A stretch of DNA of 64,000 nt from NCBI GenBank assembly GCA_028534125.1, contig CM052837.1:868001-932000 (forward strand), written 5' to 3'. The notes below the pieces were generated by a model. It was not told where the DNA came from. It searched no databases and saw only the letters and a program-made list of their open reading frames with translations. Below, piece after piece: positions 12,151 to 23,300 of this stretch; position 1 is the stretch's first letter; each line of letters starts with the position of its first letter. Both the position numbers and the translations under genes were made by a program. The DNA comes from Lama glama. Taxonomy: Eukaryota.

Positions 12151-13407
12151 CTGGGCAGGCGCCTCGGAAGGGGCAGAAATCCTCAAGGGCCTGATCCAGG
12201 TGAGACCCTGGACGCCCAAGAGGCTCCATCCCCAAACCCCCAAATCCAGAGAACCAGCAGCAACTGGTTTTATGTCGGCCGACAGATTATAAGAACAGTG
12301 AGAGTCAAAATGGTCATCAGCCTGAATGGTGCAGCCCAAACCTTTCTTACACTGTCTCCTGGGCGGGGCTTCCGTCTCACAATGTACAGCAACCACGTGA
12401 ATGAACGTTTTCAACACTGTCAAAAATTAGTAGCCACAGTACGGCTAGGAATAACCGTCAGAAAAGACACAGCATAAGAGACTTAACAACGACTGCTTTT
12501 CAGTCCAAACCAAAGCAACAAGAAAACCCAGATTCGTTATGTAAAAAGCGAAAATAAAAATCTCCTTGGGTGAGTTTCTATGACAGCCCACCAACACTAG
12601 CTCAGCAAACGCCTCTCGGGTCTTCATCGTGGTTAGCATGACGCTGCTCGGAAGCCTGACGCTCCAGGGTAACTGAGCAAAGCTGGTGGGAGAGCGAGTT
12701 CCCGACCGTCCGCGGTGTCAGTTTCTTGTGTCTGCCTCACGTCGGAGTTCTGCCTGGGCAGACAGCCAAGAGTAGAAGGCAGGGCCGACACCGGCCGCTG
12801 ACTCAGGTGAGTGCTGATTTCCTGGGAGGGAAGATTGGGAGAACCGAGCCAGATGAAATGGGGCGCGGCTTCATAAATGCCAGAGAGCTGGGAGAAATTT
12901 CACTGAATTTAAGGGCCCCGTGACAGTGGGAGCGCATAAATGCAGCGAAGAGGAAGGGGAGAGCCGGGAGGAAGGGCGGAGGGATGCAGTGGGTACTGGA
13001 GACACTCAGGTAGGGAAAAAGCAGAGACGGAAACCCTACATAGTTAAAAAAATAATAATAAATACCGTGGCCACTGTCCGTGACTGGGAACGCTCGCTAG
13101 TCCACTGGGGCCGCCCGAACCGATAGCGCTCAGGCCTCCTGTGCCCCTGGTGAGGCCATGGGCGCTCTGCGGGCTGTCTCTCTAAAACGACCATCTCCGC
13201 CCACTTGTGCGGCGACGTCAGGGACGGGCTGGGCCCTGAGCCGGCCAGTCCCCCTCCCCAGCCCTGTGCAGAAGCCGCGGAAGAAGAGGGGTGAGGGTCT
13301 TTTCCAGTTCCAATGCCAGCTAAGGTGCTTTGAGTAGGAAGGCGGGGCGGGGGGGGGGCACCACCAGAGGGCGGAGAGGCGGACACCCGGGGAGGGAAGC
13401 AGGCCCC

Positions 13408-15147
13408 TCAGAGTCTCTGAGGCGTCCGCTCGGCTCCCTCGCGCCGCAGCACCGCCTCCTTGCCCGGCGCCCCGCACTTGTACTCCGGCTCGGCCAGCGA
13501 GACGCCTTGCTTCTTGCGCAGGTGGCAGAGGAGCGCCAGAAGCGCCACGACCAGAGACAGGCTGGCGATGGAGATGCCCACCAGCACGCCGGAGTGCAGG
13601 GGCTCCGCGGGCGGGGGGCGGGGGGTGGCGCCGCCGGGGGGCGGGCTGCCCGGGGGCTCCCCGGAGCCGCCGTCCTCGGTGCGCTCCACGGCGTGGTCGC
13701 CGCCCACCTTGACGGGGTCGCAGTCAGTGGCGATCTGGCCGGCGAGCGCGGAGTCGGGCCCGCAGACGCACTCGTAGGAGCCGGGGAGGTTGCGGCACTC
13801 GCCGGGGCAGAGGTCACTGCTGCACTCGTCGATGTCCGTGCACGTGGTCTTCTCGTCCAGGATGTAGCCGTCCGGGCACCGGCAGGACTCCGGGTTGTTG
13901 GGGTCGCAGTCCGCCGGGCACGACGTGCGGTTGCAGAACATCTGGCACCTGTTGGGGTCGTGGGGCACAGGCACGAAGCCCTCGGCGCAGATGCAGCGGT
14001 GCTCGGACCGGCCCACGGGCTGGCACTCGTATTCACACTTGTTCCCAAAGCACGGGTCCTGGAGCTCCACGCACTCGCCGTCCTGCTGCTCGTAACCAGG
14101 GTAGCAGTTGCAACGGAAGCTGCCCTGCTCGTTGACACAGTTCTGCGGGCAGGGACTGGGCACCTGCATGCAGTCGTCCACGTCCTCGCACTGGTGCTGG
14201 TCGGCAGCCAGCCGGTAGCCGGTGGCGCACATGCACGTGTAGTTGGTGGGCGCGTCCGGGGGGCCGGGGACGCAGAAATGCTGGCAGAGTTGGTGGCACC
14301 GGTGCTGCGCTGGCTCCGCGCAGGAGCGCCCGTCCGCCTGCAGGGGGGCGTCTGCCGGGCAGAGGCAGCGCGACTCCCCGGCGCTCTCGTTGCACCCGTG
14401 CTGGCAGCCGCCGCTCTCCACGCTGCAGGCCCAGGCGCCCGGCGTCTCCCGGACCCAGCGCCCCTCAGCCTCCCCGGGCGGCGCCGCGCACTCCAGCTCC
14501 AGCCCCAGGAGCGCCACGGCAGCCGAGCTGCCCACCGGCAGCGCCTGGAAGTCGGCGCCGCGGTCCCCGAACGGGGTGCTGTAGGTGACGGCGACGCCAG
14601 CGGCCGCGGCGCCCGGCTCCACAGCCAGCGGCCGGCAGGAGGCGGCGTAGTGGAGCTCGCAGAGGAAGCCGTCGGCCTCCGCGCCGCACTGCTGCTCCTC
14701 CCAGGCCGGCTCCATGGGCGCGGGGTCCCCCGCCGCAGAGATGGCGACGCACAGCGGACCGCAGAGGGGAGCCCCGTCGCTCTGCGGCCGCGCCCACTTG
14801 CTGTAGCTGGTCCTGTTGTCGCCGGTAACCCACTGGAAGCCGCGCAGGGGCCCGCGGTGCCCCGGGTCCCCGCAGTCGGGCGGGAGCTGCAGGCCGATCC
14901 AGAGGCGCAGGCCGCCGCCACTCAGCAGCAGAGAGATAACCTCCGCCGCCACTGAGGAGCGCACGGTCATCAGGTGGCCCTGCAGGCGCTCGCAGGCCTG
15001 GCTGGCGGCGAGGAAGGTCGCGGGGCCCTGGAAGAGCGCGAAGCAGTCGCGCTCGATGCACTGGCTGCCGAGGGGCCGCGGCTGGAGGGGTGCCGGGAGC
15101 CCCAGGCCGGCGGGGGCCAGCACGCCGAGGAACAGGACGCGGAGCAT
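13408..15147 (-). CDS. THBD: Thrombomodulin (579 aa, single exon): signal peptide, C-type lectin domain, 6 EGF repeats, Ser/Thr-rich region, TM, cytoplasmic tail
   Basis: MLRVLFLGVLAPAGLG start; lectin motif LWIGLQLPP; EGF5 CQMFCNRTSCPADCDPN..GYILD..CTDIDE; glycosaminoglycan site GSGEPP; TM GVLVGISIASLSLVVALLALLC; tail RKKQG...ERTPQRL. Confidence 0.98.
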   Translation of the reverse strand: MLRVLFLGVLAPAGLGLPAPLQPRPLGSQCIERDCFALFQGPATFLAASQACERLQGHLMTVRSSVAAEVISLLLSGGGLRLWIGLQLPPDCGDPGHRGPLRGFQWVTGDNRTSYSKWARPQSDGAPLCGPLCVAISAAGDPAPMEPAWEEQQCGAEADGFLCELHYAASCRPLAVEPGAAAAGVAVTYSTPFGDRGADFQALPVGSSAAVALLGLELECAAPPGEAEGRWVRETPGAWACSVESGGCQHGCNESAGESRCLCPADAPLQADGRSCAEPAQHRCHQLCQHFCVPGPPDAPTNYTCMCATGYRLAADQHQCEDVDDCMQVPSPCPQNCVNEQGSFRCNCYPGYEQQDGECVELQDPCFGNKCEYECQPVGRSEHRCICAEGFVPVPHDPNRCQMFCNRTSCPADCDPNNPESCRCPDGYILDEKTTCTDIDECSSDLCPGECRNLPGSYECVCGPDSALAGQIATDCDPVKVGGDHAVERTEDGGSGEPPGSPPPGGATPRPPPAEPLHSGVLVGISIASLSLVVALLALLCHLRKKQGVSLAEPEYKCGAPGKEAVLRREGAERTPQRL

Positions 15148-15285
15148 GGTGTCTGCGCGCAGGAGCCCGGCCGGGGCCTAGAGGGGCGGGGAGCCGCTGG
15201 CGTCCGTCCCAGACCAGACGCGTCCGGCTGCGGCGCGCAGCCCCGGCGAGGCAGCCTCTGACAGGCCGGAGGGCCCGGGCTCGAG

Positions 15286-15380
15286 TTTATAAGTGCGCGG
15301 CCCTCCCTCCCTGGACGTTCGGGAAAAGGAAGGAAGGGCCTGGTGGGAAGGGCTGATGCTGCATTCTCGGATTACTGGGT
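15286..15380 (-). promoter_or_regulatory. THBD core promoter: TATAAA (15286-15291), tandem ETS GGAA sites (about 15321-15337), CAAT-like region
   Basis: Minus strand reads cagtaatccgagaatgcagcatcagcccttcccaccaggcccttccttccttttcccgaacgtccagggagggagggccgcgcacttataaactcgag, nearly identical to the human THBD proximal promoter as I recall it. Confidence 0.85.
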
Positions 15381-17317
15381 TCTCTGGGCGCCCTGCGCCC
15401 GCCCTCGCGCCAGGGATCACCTCGCGGGGATGAGTAAACGCGCCCGGACTGGGAGGTCCTCGGGCGGGGCCGGCAAGCGCAGGCGCCCAGGACGGCCGCA
15501 CCTCCGTCGGCGGCGCGGCGACAGGGCCCGCCCCGCCCCGCCGCTGGGCCCCGGCGAGCGCAGCCCCCCTGAACCTCTCGGTCCTCTTTCTTTCCCTCCA
15601 TCAGTGTTGTCACCACCTATTTCAAGGCGAGCCTGGATTGCGGAACTCTGGGACGAGGAGATGGGTCGAGGAGGCCTTGGATGAGGGGTGGGGGACTTAG
15701 CGCCCGGGACACAACGGGCTGCGGGAGGGGCTGCCCACCACCAGGTGGGCCTTGGGAGGGGCTGCCTAGGGCGTGGGCTTCCTCCAAGACGTGATCGCCA
15801 AGAGAGCGAGCCAGACCGCCGGCCAGGGCGCCTAGCTCAGGAGACAGATGCAGGGGGCGTGGGCGGGGCTAGGACTGACCTGACGCCCCGACCCCCGCGC
15901 AGGGACCCGAGAGTCCCTGAGCGTGAACTGCCTCTGCCGGACTTCATCTCGTCAGGTGGGAAAGTCGCAGGGATATCGTCAGGGCGGAAAGGCCCCTCCC
16001 CCCTTCAGAAGTGGTGGCCGGTGAGACCCTGCCCAGCCCTGCGCAGTGGGTGTGCTAGGAGCATGTTGGCCTATTTGGCCTGAGTTTGTCCAGCATCCCA
16101 GAGGGACAGTCCACCTCGAACCCCCAAAGGGAGGGGCGGGGCTCCAGACGGGTCCCACTCAGGTCTGTTTAAAGTTTTCCCGTTTGGCTGAAAGATCAGA
16201 TCGATGCAAGGGCACGTGTAAAAGCCACTTTATGGGCAAAGGACATTGAAGAGGGGCGGTCCCTGTGCGCACGCAGGGAGGGGAGCGCTGGGAGGAGGAG
16301 ATGGGAATCTGTCACTTTCGCGACCTTATCCGCTTATTCACGCATCAGGAATGCAGAGGGGTAGGTCCAAAACAGAACAGAGTGTGGCAAACTTTTTTTT
16401 TTAAACCCCCCCCCCCCCCGTGCCATCTTCTGCTGTGGTGACTCACAGTGATACGCCAGGTGGCGGCGCTGTTGATCTCTGAACGAACCCAAAGAGGTTG
16501 GAGAGCCTCAAACTTGCTGGGCTGAACCGGTTCAGGGTGTGGGGAGGCAGAGGCTTCTCCCTGGGCAGGACACAGCGGTCCAGGATACCCCGGCTTACCC
16601 GGCATTTGGGCTTCCGCATCCAGCAGAACTTGCGAGAGAACAGGAGAGTGTGGCGTCCTGTCACGTGGAAGACAAGTACCTGCCTTGGCCGCAGTGACCG
16701 AGGGGGTGGGGCTGGGCAGGGCCACTCTGAAAGTGAAAGGGAGGCACCATGGTCCCGCTACACTCCCTAGGGTGCAGAGCCCGCAGGGCAGAGACCCCTG
16801 GATATCCCGCTGCCCCTTTCCCCACAGAAACGGGATGCTGAAGTCTGAGTGGGCGCCACCACTCTTCTGGAGGAGAAAGCAAAGACCCCAGGTTGGAGAG
16901 CCACGCTGTCCCAGGTGGGAGCAGGGCAGGCGCTGGCCTGACATTCCACCACGGGCTGTAGGCATGAGTCAGGCGTCACGGCTCAAGTGCACGCCTGCGC
17001 CTGAGCAGGGCTGTCTCCCTGCAGCCCTGGAGCTGGGCGGGTGCCAGACACCAGCTGGTACTCGCTGGACAGAGATCTCAGAGGTGAGTGCACGAGACAA
17101 GAAAGGGCACAGGACCAGTCATACCCTTTGCTCAACATTTACAGTGAATTTCAGGACTGGGACAGCAAAGCAGTATGCAGAGGCTGATGCCGTCCTGCCC
17201 AGGAGTTGAGAGACGTTCAAGCACCAGGTCTAGCCCCCACCAGGCTTGGATGGATTCTGGCTGATTCATCGTGGCCCTCTTTGGTGGGATGTCCTATTCA
17301 GGTCTCCTTGAGACCAT

Positions 17318-18335
17318 TCAAACTTTACTACAAAGCTACAGCAATCAAAACAGCGTGGTTCGCACAAGGAAAGACAACCGATGACACAGAATTGAGAGCC
17401 AAAAAAAAAACCTTTGAAGACATACAGATGGCCAATAGGCACATGGAAAGATGCTCAAAAATAAACATTTTTGTATTTAATCACTGTTAGTCAGTTAACT
17501 CCCACAAGGGTGCCGAGACAATCAAGTGGAGGAGAGGAGGGTCCCTTCAACACAGGGCGGTGCGCTGACGGGCTGTCCACGTGACACAGGCGGGGCCCTG
17601 CTCCCGCTCGCGTGCAGAAAGCAGCTCACGGTGGAGAAGAGGCCTAATGTAAGGGCTAGACCCAGAAGGCCCTTAGAAGGAGGAAACACTTAGTATAAAT
17701 GTGGCCTGGGACTGGCCAGGAGCTCCTCAGATATGACACCAAAAGCACAAGCAGCAGAAAAAACAGATAAATCGGGTATCACCGGGATTTACAAAGTTTT
17801 GTCCTTCAAGGTGAGAAGACAATCTGCAGAATGGGAGAATGGGAGACGATATTTGCAACTCACGTGTCTGATAGGAGGCAAGTCTCCAGAATCTATAAAG
17901 AACTATTGCAAGTCAGTACTAAAAAGACAGCTAACCCAATGAAGACACAGGTAAAAATCTGAACAGATCTTTATCTAAAGAAGACCGACAGACGGCCAGT
18001 CAGCACGTGAAGAGGGGCGCAGCATCACGGGCATCAAGGAAACGTCAACCAGCACCACCTGGAGATGCGGTTCACTCCCACCAGGGAGGCTAGAACAAGA
18101 GACACATACTAGCAGGTGCTGACAAGGGCACAGAGAACCTGGAGCCCGCGTACGTCGCAGTGGGGACGCATAGAAGTGCGCGGTGGCACCGCCACGCTGA
18201 GAACGCCACTCGGCAGCTCCTCAGGACGCCAATCGTGTGGTTACTGTGGGACCCAGTCGTTCTACTCCCCGGTGTACACCTGGGACAAATCAAGGCACAC
18301 GTCCCCACAAACAGCAGCACACACTTGTGTTCCAC
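17318..18335 (+). mobile_element. Old L1 ORF2 3' region fragment (degraded)
   Basis: Translations FKLYYKATAIKTAW, MTPKAQA and RRQSAEWE match the L1 ORF2p C-terminal region. Multiple stops and frameshifts. Confidence 0.85.
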
Positions 18336-18451
18336 TGGGCTGGGGACGGATGCTTCCTCCTTGGAACTGGAGAAGCATCACCGACAGGCAGCTGACCTCC
18401 GGAGAGCTCGGAGTCCGCAGAGGCAGGGACAGTTCTGGCAGCAGCACCCGT

Positions 18452-18541
18452 GGTGCAGACTTAACGCCCCGCCGGTCCTCCTGCAGCGGGACGCACGGTG
18501 CAGACTTAGCGCCCCGCAGGTCCTCCTGCAGCGGGACGCAT
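18452..18541. repeat. 45-bp tandem duplication (2 copies)
   Basis: ggtgcagactta(a/g)cgccccgc(c/a)ggtcctcctgcagcgggacgca at 18452 and 18497. Confidence 0.9.
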
Positions 18542-19968
18542 GCACACAGCTGATGACAAATAAGTTCCGAGCCTGAAGTGCGTCAGAGACACTTCACGAC
18601 TCTCTTCTTTCTCACAGTGTTTGCCCTTCTGCTCTTGAGCTTGGATTTTATCTTGTAATCTCAAAGTCTTATTTCATTGGAAATTAAGCTATCTCTGACT
18701 CCAGGGGAAATAATGATTGAAAAAAATATTTGGCTTCCTGTTTCCCAGAGAACGTTCGCCACCGTTTCCATTTCTGGCCCAGCTCTATCTTTCCAGAGAG
18801 CTGAGAATGTCACGCAAATGAGTCAGTACTCCCGCTCAGTAGAAGTGACAGAAATGTGGACACCCTGCCCAGAATGTCCGTGCGGCGCAGCCTTTGGCAG
18901 TGGGAGAGGTAGCTGGGGCTGGAAACAGGGTGGCCCACGGAAGGAGAGGAGGGACGGCGCGGCTCCCACCGCCCGGCCTCCCAGCAGGACAGCGCGGCCA
19001 GCAGCCACACCTGGGGCTTGCTAGGGTGCGTGTCTCTGACCCCACCCTGTGCCTCCTCCCTGATCAGAATCTGCCTTTGACAAGATGCCGGGGGTGGGGC
19101 CGTGCGCACACACGCTCCCGCACAGTTGTGCGGGAGAAAGAGCCAGCCCAGCAGCCGAGTGGCCGGGTTTAGACCCTCCACGGAGACTCTGCCTCTTCCC
19201 TCCCCCTCCCAGAGCATCACTGACCCTCTCGAGTTGGGTACAAAGGAGCCCAGGACCAGAGGCATCCACGTTCGTCCCCTCTCCACCGACACCCCGTCAC
19301 CCCGTGCTGGTCAGGAAGGCGGACTCCCGGGCCCAGCCTGGACTGCTGGCTCAGACACCCCAGGGCTTGGGCGCAGCCCTCTGGGTTTGGGCAGACGCTT
19401 CGGGGATTCTGATGCCGGAACAGGGCGTGAGACGTGGAAGACGTGGCCCCCGAGGCTCTGGTCACCCCCACCCTTCCCCTGGATCCTTCTGGTCCGCTTT
19501 GGCTCCTCGCCCCGGCAACGCTTCCTGTGTGCAGAGCCCATCTGACCAAGTAGTGGAAATAGACTTTTCAGCCACGCTAAGTGGAACCTGTAAAGTTTTG
19601 CCACAAAGACGGAAGGTACGGCAGGTGTCACGATCACAAGGCTGAAAGTCATGCACTGGGGTGAAGGCAAGAAAGCTGAAGGGGTCCAGGTTGCTAAGGA
19701 ATGCGGAACTCCAGCCCCAGGCCCGGACCATCCGCTCCCGCACTTCTGCCTCAGGAGGTGAGTGAGTCTCCGTGTCCTCAGGTTGCTGTTACCTGCAGCC
19801 AGCCCCTTGCCTGCTGGGTGCAAACTTGACTAAGTTAACGTGTAGCTTCCTGGACTGCCGTTTATCTGCTCTGGTTTATTTAAACCTCAAAGCCTGACCC
19901 CTCTATTCAGTCAAATATCATCATTAAATAGCTTCTTCTCTGTGTGCATTAGGCTATCTCCCCCAAGC

Positions 19969-20269
19969 CAGAGGTCAACAAAAGGGACGGAAAATGTATG
20001 TTTTAGGCTCTGTGAGCTGCCTGGTCTCTGCCGCTGAGCTGGAAACAGCAGCAGATAAAATGTAGATGAATCCAAGTGCTGGGGTCCCAATAAAACTTAA
20101 CTTGTGGACTTGGAATTTTTTTTATAAGGTTCACGTGTCCTGAAATCTCTTTCTTCTGTGGGTTTTTTCCCCAACTCTTAAAAACTAAAAGACTTTTTCA
20201 GTTCATGGACCACACAAAAACAGGCAGGGGGGCAGACGGGGCCTGAGGGTCAGACTTCGCCAACCTTTG
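19969..20269. mobile_element. MER58B-like hAT-Charlie MITE, near full length
   Basis: Degenerate TIRs cagaggtcaacaaa ... ttcgccaacctttg. Internal ttttaggctctgtg, ccaataaaacttaacttgtggac, ttcacgtgtcctgaaat and acaaaaacaggcagg are collinear with the MER58B consensus as I recall it. Confidence 0.75.
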
Positions 20270-20539
20270 CGTTAAACACACTGAAGAAGAAACATTCCAG
20301 AAGATGCAGGCGTTGCTTACAAACGCTTTCTCTAACTCGAGGAACATAAGGTGACAGGAAGGAAAGAAGTCCAGCCACTAAGAAGTATTTTGTTCAAATG
20401 TAAGGGCCGACTGTGGGGAGGGGGCCCTCCGTCTCCGATTTCTGCCCCTCGTGGCTGCGTTACGGCCGTTCCCGTGGCGGGGGCGGCGGGGGAGGTTGCA
20501 GACTGAGAAGAGGAGGGAAAGGAGAAAGGAGACGCGCCG

Positions 20540-20680
20540 TCAGCGTGGCCTCTGCCCACGTCTCTCTCCCACCCTGCTCTGTTGTCACGTCTCCTTCTGT
20601 CACATCTCTCCTGCCTCCCTCTCCCATCTCTTAAGGACCCTGGGACTACCTTGGGCTTACCACACTAAAACCCTGGGTTA
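20540..20680 (-). mobile_element. MLT1 (MaLR) LTR fragment
   Basis: gtcacgtctccttct...ctctcctgcctccctctc...ttaaggaccctgggactaccttgggc is MLT1-like. Confidence 0.45.
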
Positions 20681-21236
20681 AAACAAAAAAGGGGAGGACT
20701 TAATAATAAAACCAATGCAGAAAGATTTCCGCCCCAATAAAGTAACTGCTGTGGCATTTCTGGCGCAGGGCGTGGGCAAATCCTAGTCTCTAGGCTGCAT
20801 CCTGTGAAATCATGAATGGCGTGTAAACAACTGGGTTAGAACACCGTCCATCTCTTCCTGTGTCTGCTTAAAAATTCTGTTTCAAACACAAAATTCCATT
20901 TCTGAATTTCATCCAGTTTCTTAAAGTTCACACTTAAAACTACAAGACTGTCTGCTTATCCCCAGAGCGGAGGACGAGGAGGATGTGATAAATCCCCTCC
21001 ATCACAGAGGACGTCGTGGCCGGTTCAGTTCTCACCCCGTTCGTCACAGCAGCGCGTCTGAAACCCACACCCACCCTCTGCTCGCTAAGCAAAACTCACC
21101 TGGAGCGAGTGGCAAACGCTGCGAGGACTCTGGCTCCCGTGAGCCCCTCGTCACGGCTGCCAAGTCAGGGTCTAAGAGGGTCTGCTTACGTACAGCGCCA
21201 CATATTTCTTTTTTAAAAAGGTGGAGAGCAGGAGTC

Positions 21237-21375
21237 GGGGGAGGGCAGAGCTCCGCGGTAGAGCGTGTGCTCAGCAGGCACGAGGTCCTGGGCTCAAGCC
21301 CCAGTACCTCCCTTTTAAAATATGATAATAAAAAAGTAATAATAATAATAAAAATTTAACAAGAAAATTTTTTAA
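21237..21375 (+). mobile_element. tRNA-derived SINE (camelid Vic-1-like) with AT-rich tail
   Basis: ggggagggcagagctccgcggtagagcgtgtgctcagcaggcacgaggtcctgggctcaagccccagtacctcc carries Pol III A/B-box-like motifs and is followed by an (AAT)n/A-rich tail. Confidence 0.85.
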
Positions 21376-23188
21376 GTGATGATCAGGAGAATTTGAGGTA
21401 GGAAAAAGGCAAGTGGAAATGAACAGTTTGTGCGAGCTGTTCCCTTGGCGGGCTTGACCCCCGCTCGCCTCCTGCAGAAGCCGGGCGTGGGCCTGTGCTC
21501 TAAACCTTGGATGCCTCACCCCGCAAACATGTCCGAAGGGTGGTCTGACCCCCTGTTGTGTCCCCACCATGATCAGGCGGTTATTTATGGTCATTTCCAG
21601 TTCCCTCCCCTAGCAAATAAATCTACTCGTGAGGAAGCCACCTTTCTGCAAACAACCCTGAAAGTTGCAAACGTCATCTTCCAAGAAAGCACACATCTTG
21701 GACCCATGAAAACCTGAAACAGAACTTGAAAAAGGTGAGTTTCCCCTCCGGTTTCAGAAAGGGCCCCCAGCAGAGACGTCCAATTGGAGCAATGTTTCTG
21801 GTGAAAAGAGCGGAGCAGAAGCTGCAAAGCAGCCCAGGGCACAGCAGTGCCCCCTTTTCGGAGAGAGGCTAGCTGCCCCAGCGGCCTGGCAGGAGGGGAG
21901 CGCAGCTCCGTCCTTGGGAGTGGCACCCAGCGGGCTGCCCGGCCAGTCCTGAGAGCACCAGCAGCGCGCGGGCCGCATCCCTCTGGGGAAGCGCAGTCCT
22001 GGCGCGGTGCTGTGGAGGGTGGGGATGGGTCTGCCTCGACGTCCTTGGTGCAGGCACCAAGGCTGCATTTCCTGATCAAATGGGGTTAGTGCGTGGATCT
22101 CACTGGCAGTAGTGGTTTGGGGCCGCATTCTTCTTCAGATTCCTCTCACTTGGCAAAATCTACAACGGCATTTTTTATCCGAGAATTCTGACACCCAGGC
22201 TGGCCAGGTCCTGGCGCCTTGTCATTGAACTCCAGCGGCAAGGGCAGAGCTCCTCCTGAAGGCTCTCCATCAGCGGCCCGTGCGCTGGGTGCCGGGCGGT
22301 GCTGTGGAGACCCCTCCTTTGCCTCCAGCCGGGCCTGGAGAGCTGCCTTTCTTGGGTGAGTTATAAAGCTCGTCTGAGGGGATCTCTGACGGAGGCTCCC
22401 CGCGTCTCCGCCCCATCTCCTTGCCAGGCGCTGCAGCCTTTTTGGCTAGCACGTGTCGGACCTCGGCTGTGTGTCCGTTTCACTCATTCATTCCATTTTC
22501 TGACCCCTTACCCGTGCCAGGTGCCACGTTAAGTATGTGACGGAGACCATTCCATTGAATCCTCACGACAAACAAGCATCGAAGTGACTCATGTCCCCGC
22601 TGTGCAGACGAGGAGGCGAACGCGTTTGTGATCATCGCCCTGTGTTTGTTTTCTTCTCGGTGCGTCTGTGTCATCTCCTCAGTAGGTGGACAAGCTCCCT
22701 GGAGGTACAGCCACGTCCTATACCCTGTACTCTGCGCACAGTGTGAAAGCTGAAGTGTCTGTCAAGTGATGACTCTCTCTCCGAGGCAGGAGCCTCACCG
22801 GCTCCATCAGCTCCGCTGTCCGTGCTGTCTGCCACATCTGCTCTCCCTCTGTCACTTGGTCCCCAAGGACCAACCTTCCAAGACTACGGTCCTCCCGGGG
22901 CTGCGCGGGGCTGCTGAGGCCCCAGGTGCCGCACGAGTCTCACAGGGAGCCGGGTGGCAGGGCGGTCAGACCTGGCCTTGTGGAAGCTGAGGGATGGGGC
23001 GTGCAGGGGTGGGGCAGCCCGGGAGGGCCCTTTGGCCGAAGGCAGATGGCCATGTAGGTGGAGACAGACCAGATAACTTCCAGCACACAGTTCCTTTCTG
23101 TTTAGCAACTGGCTTGGATTTTAAAGTCCATTGATTGGCGTGTTCCTGTCTGTGAGATGTGGCTCACAGCCATTGTTCTGTGATGTCT

Positions 23189-23300
23189 CACACACACATA
23201 CACACAGGCACGCACACACACACACACGTGCACACACACACACAAGCACACGTGCATGCACGCAAACACATGTGCACACACGCACACACACATACGCACA
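23189..23300. repeat. Imperfect (CA)n microsatellite
   Basis: Interrupted CA repeats over about 110 bp. Confidence 0.9.

Larger units (their letters stand above)
13300..15950. promoter_or_regulatory. CpG island over the THBD gene body and promoter
   Basis: Very dense CG dinucleotides and GC boxes by inspection. Boundaries are approximate. Confidence 0.7.

Noticed and set aside
13330-14955. 541-aa + strand ORF antisense to THBD, and the 533-aa alternative-frame minus ORF 13320-14921
   Set aside because: Shadow ORFs caused by very high GC3 in THBD. They give low-complexity Ala/Gly/Arg/Pro-rich translations with no domain, and the 533-aa ORF starts at GTG.
21237-21312. tRNA gene calls for the tRNA-like sequences at 21237, 27388 and 40192
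   Set aside because: Diverged stems, A-rich tails, a TSD on one copy and a deletion in another show these are SINE retrocopies.
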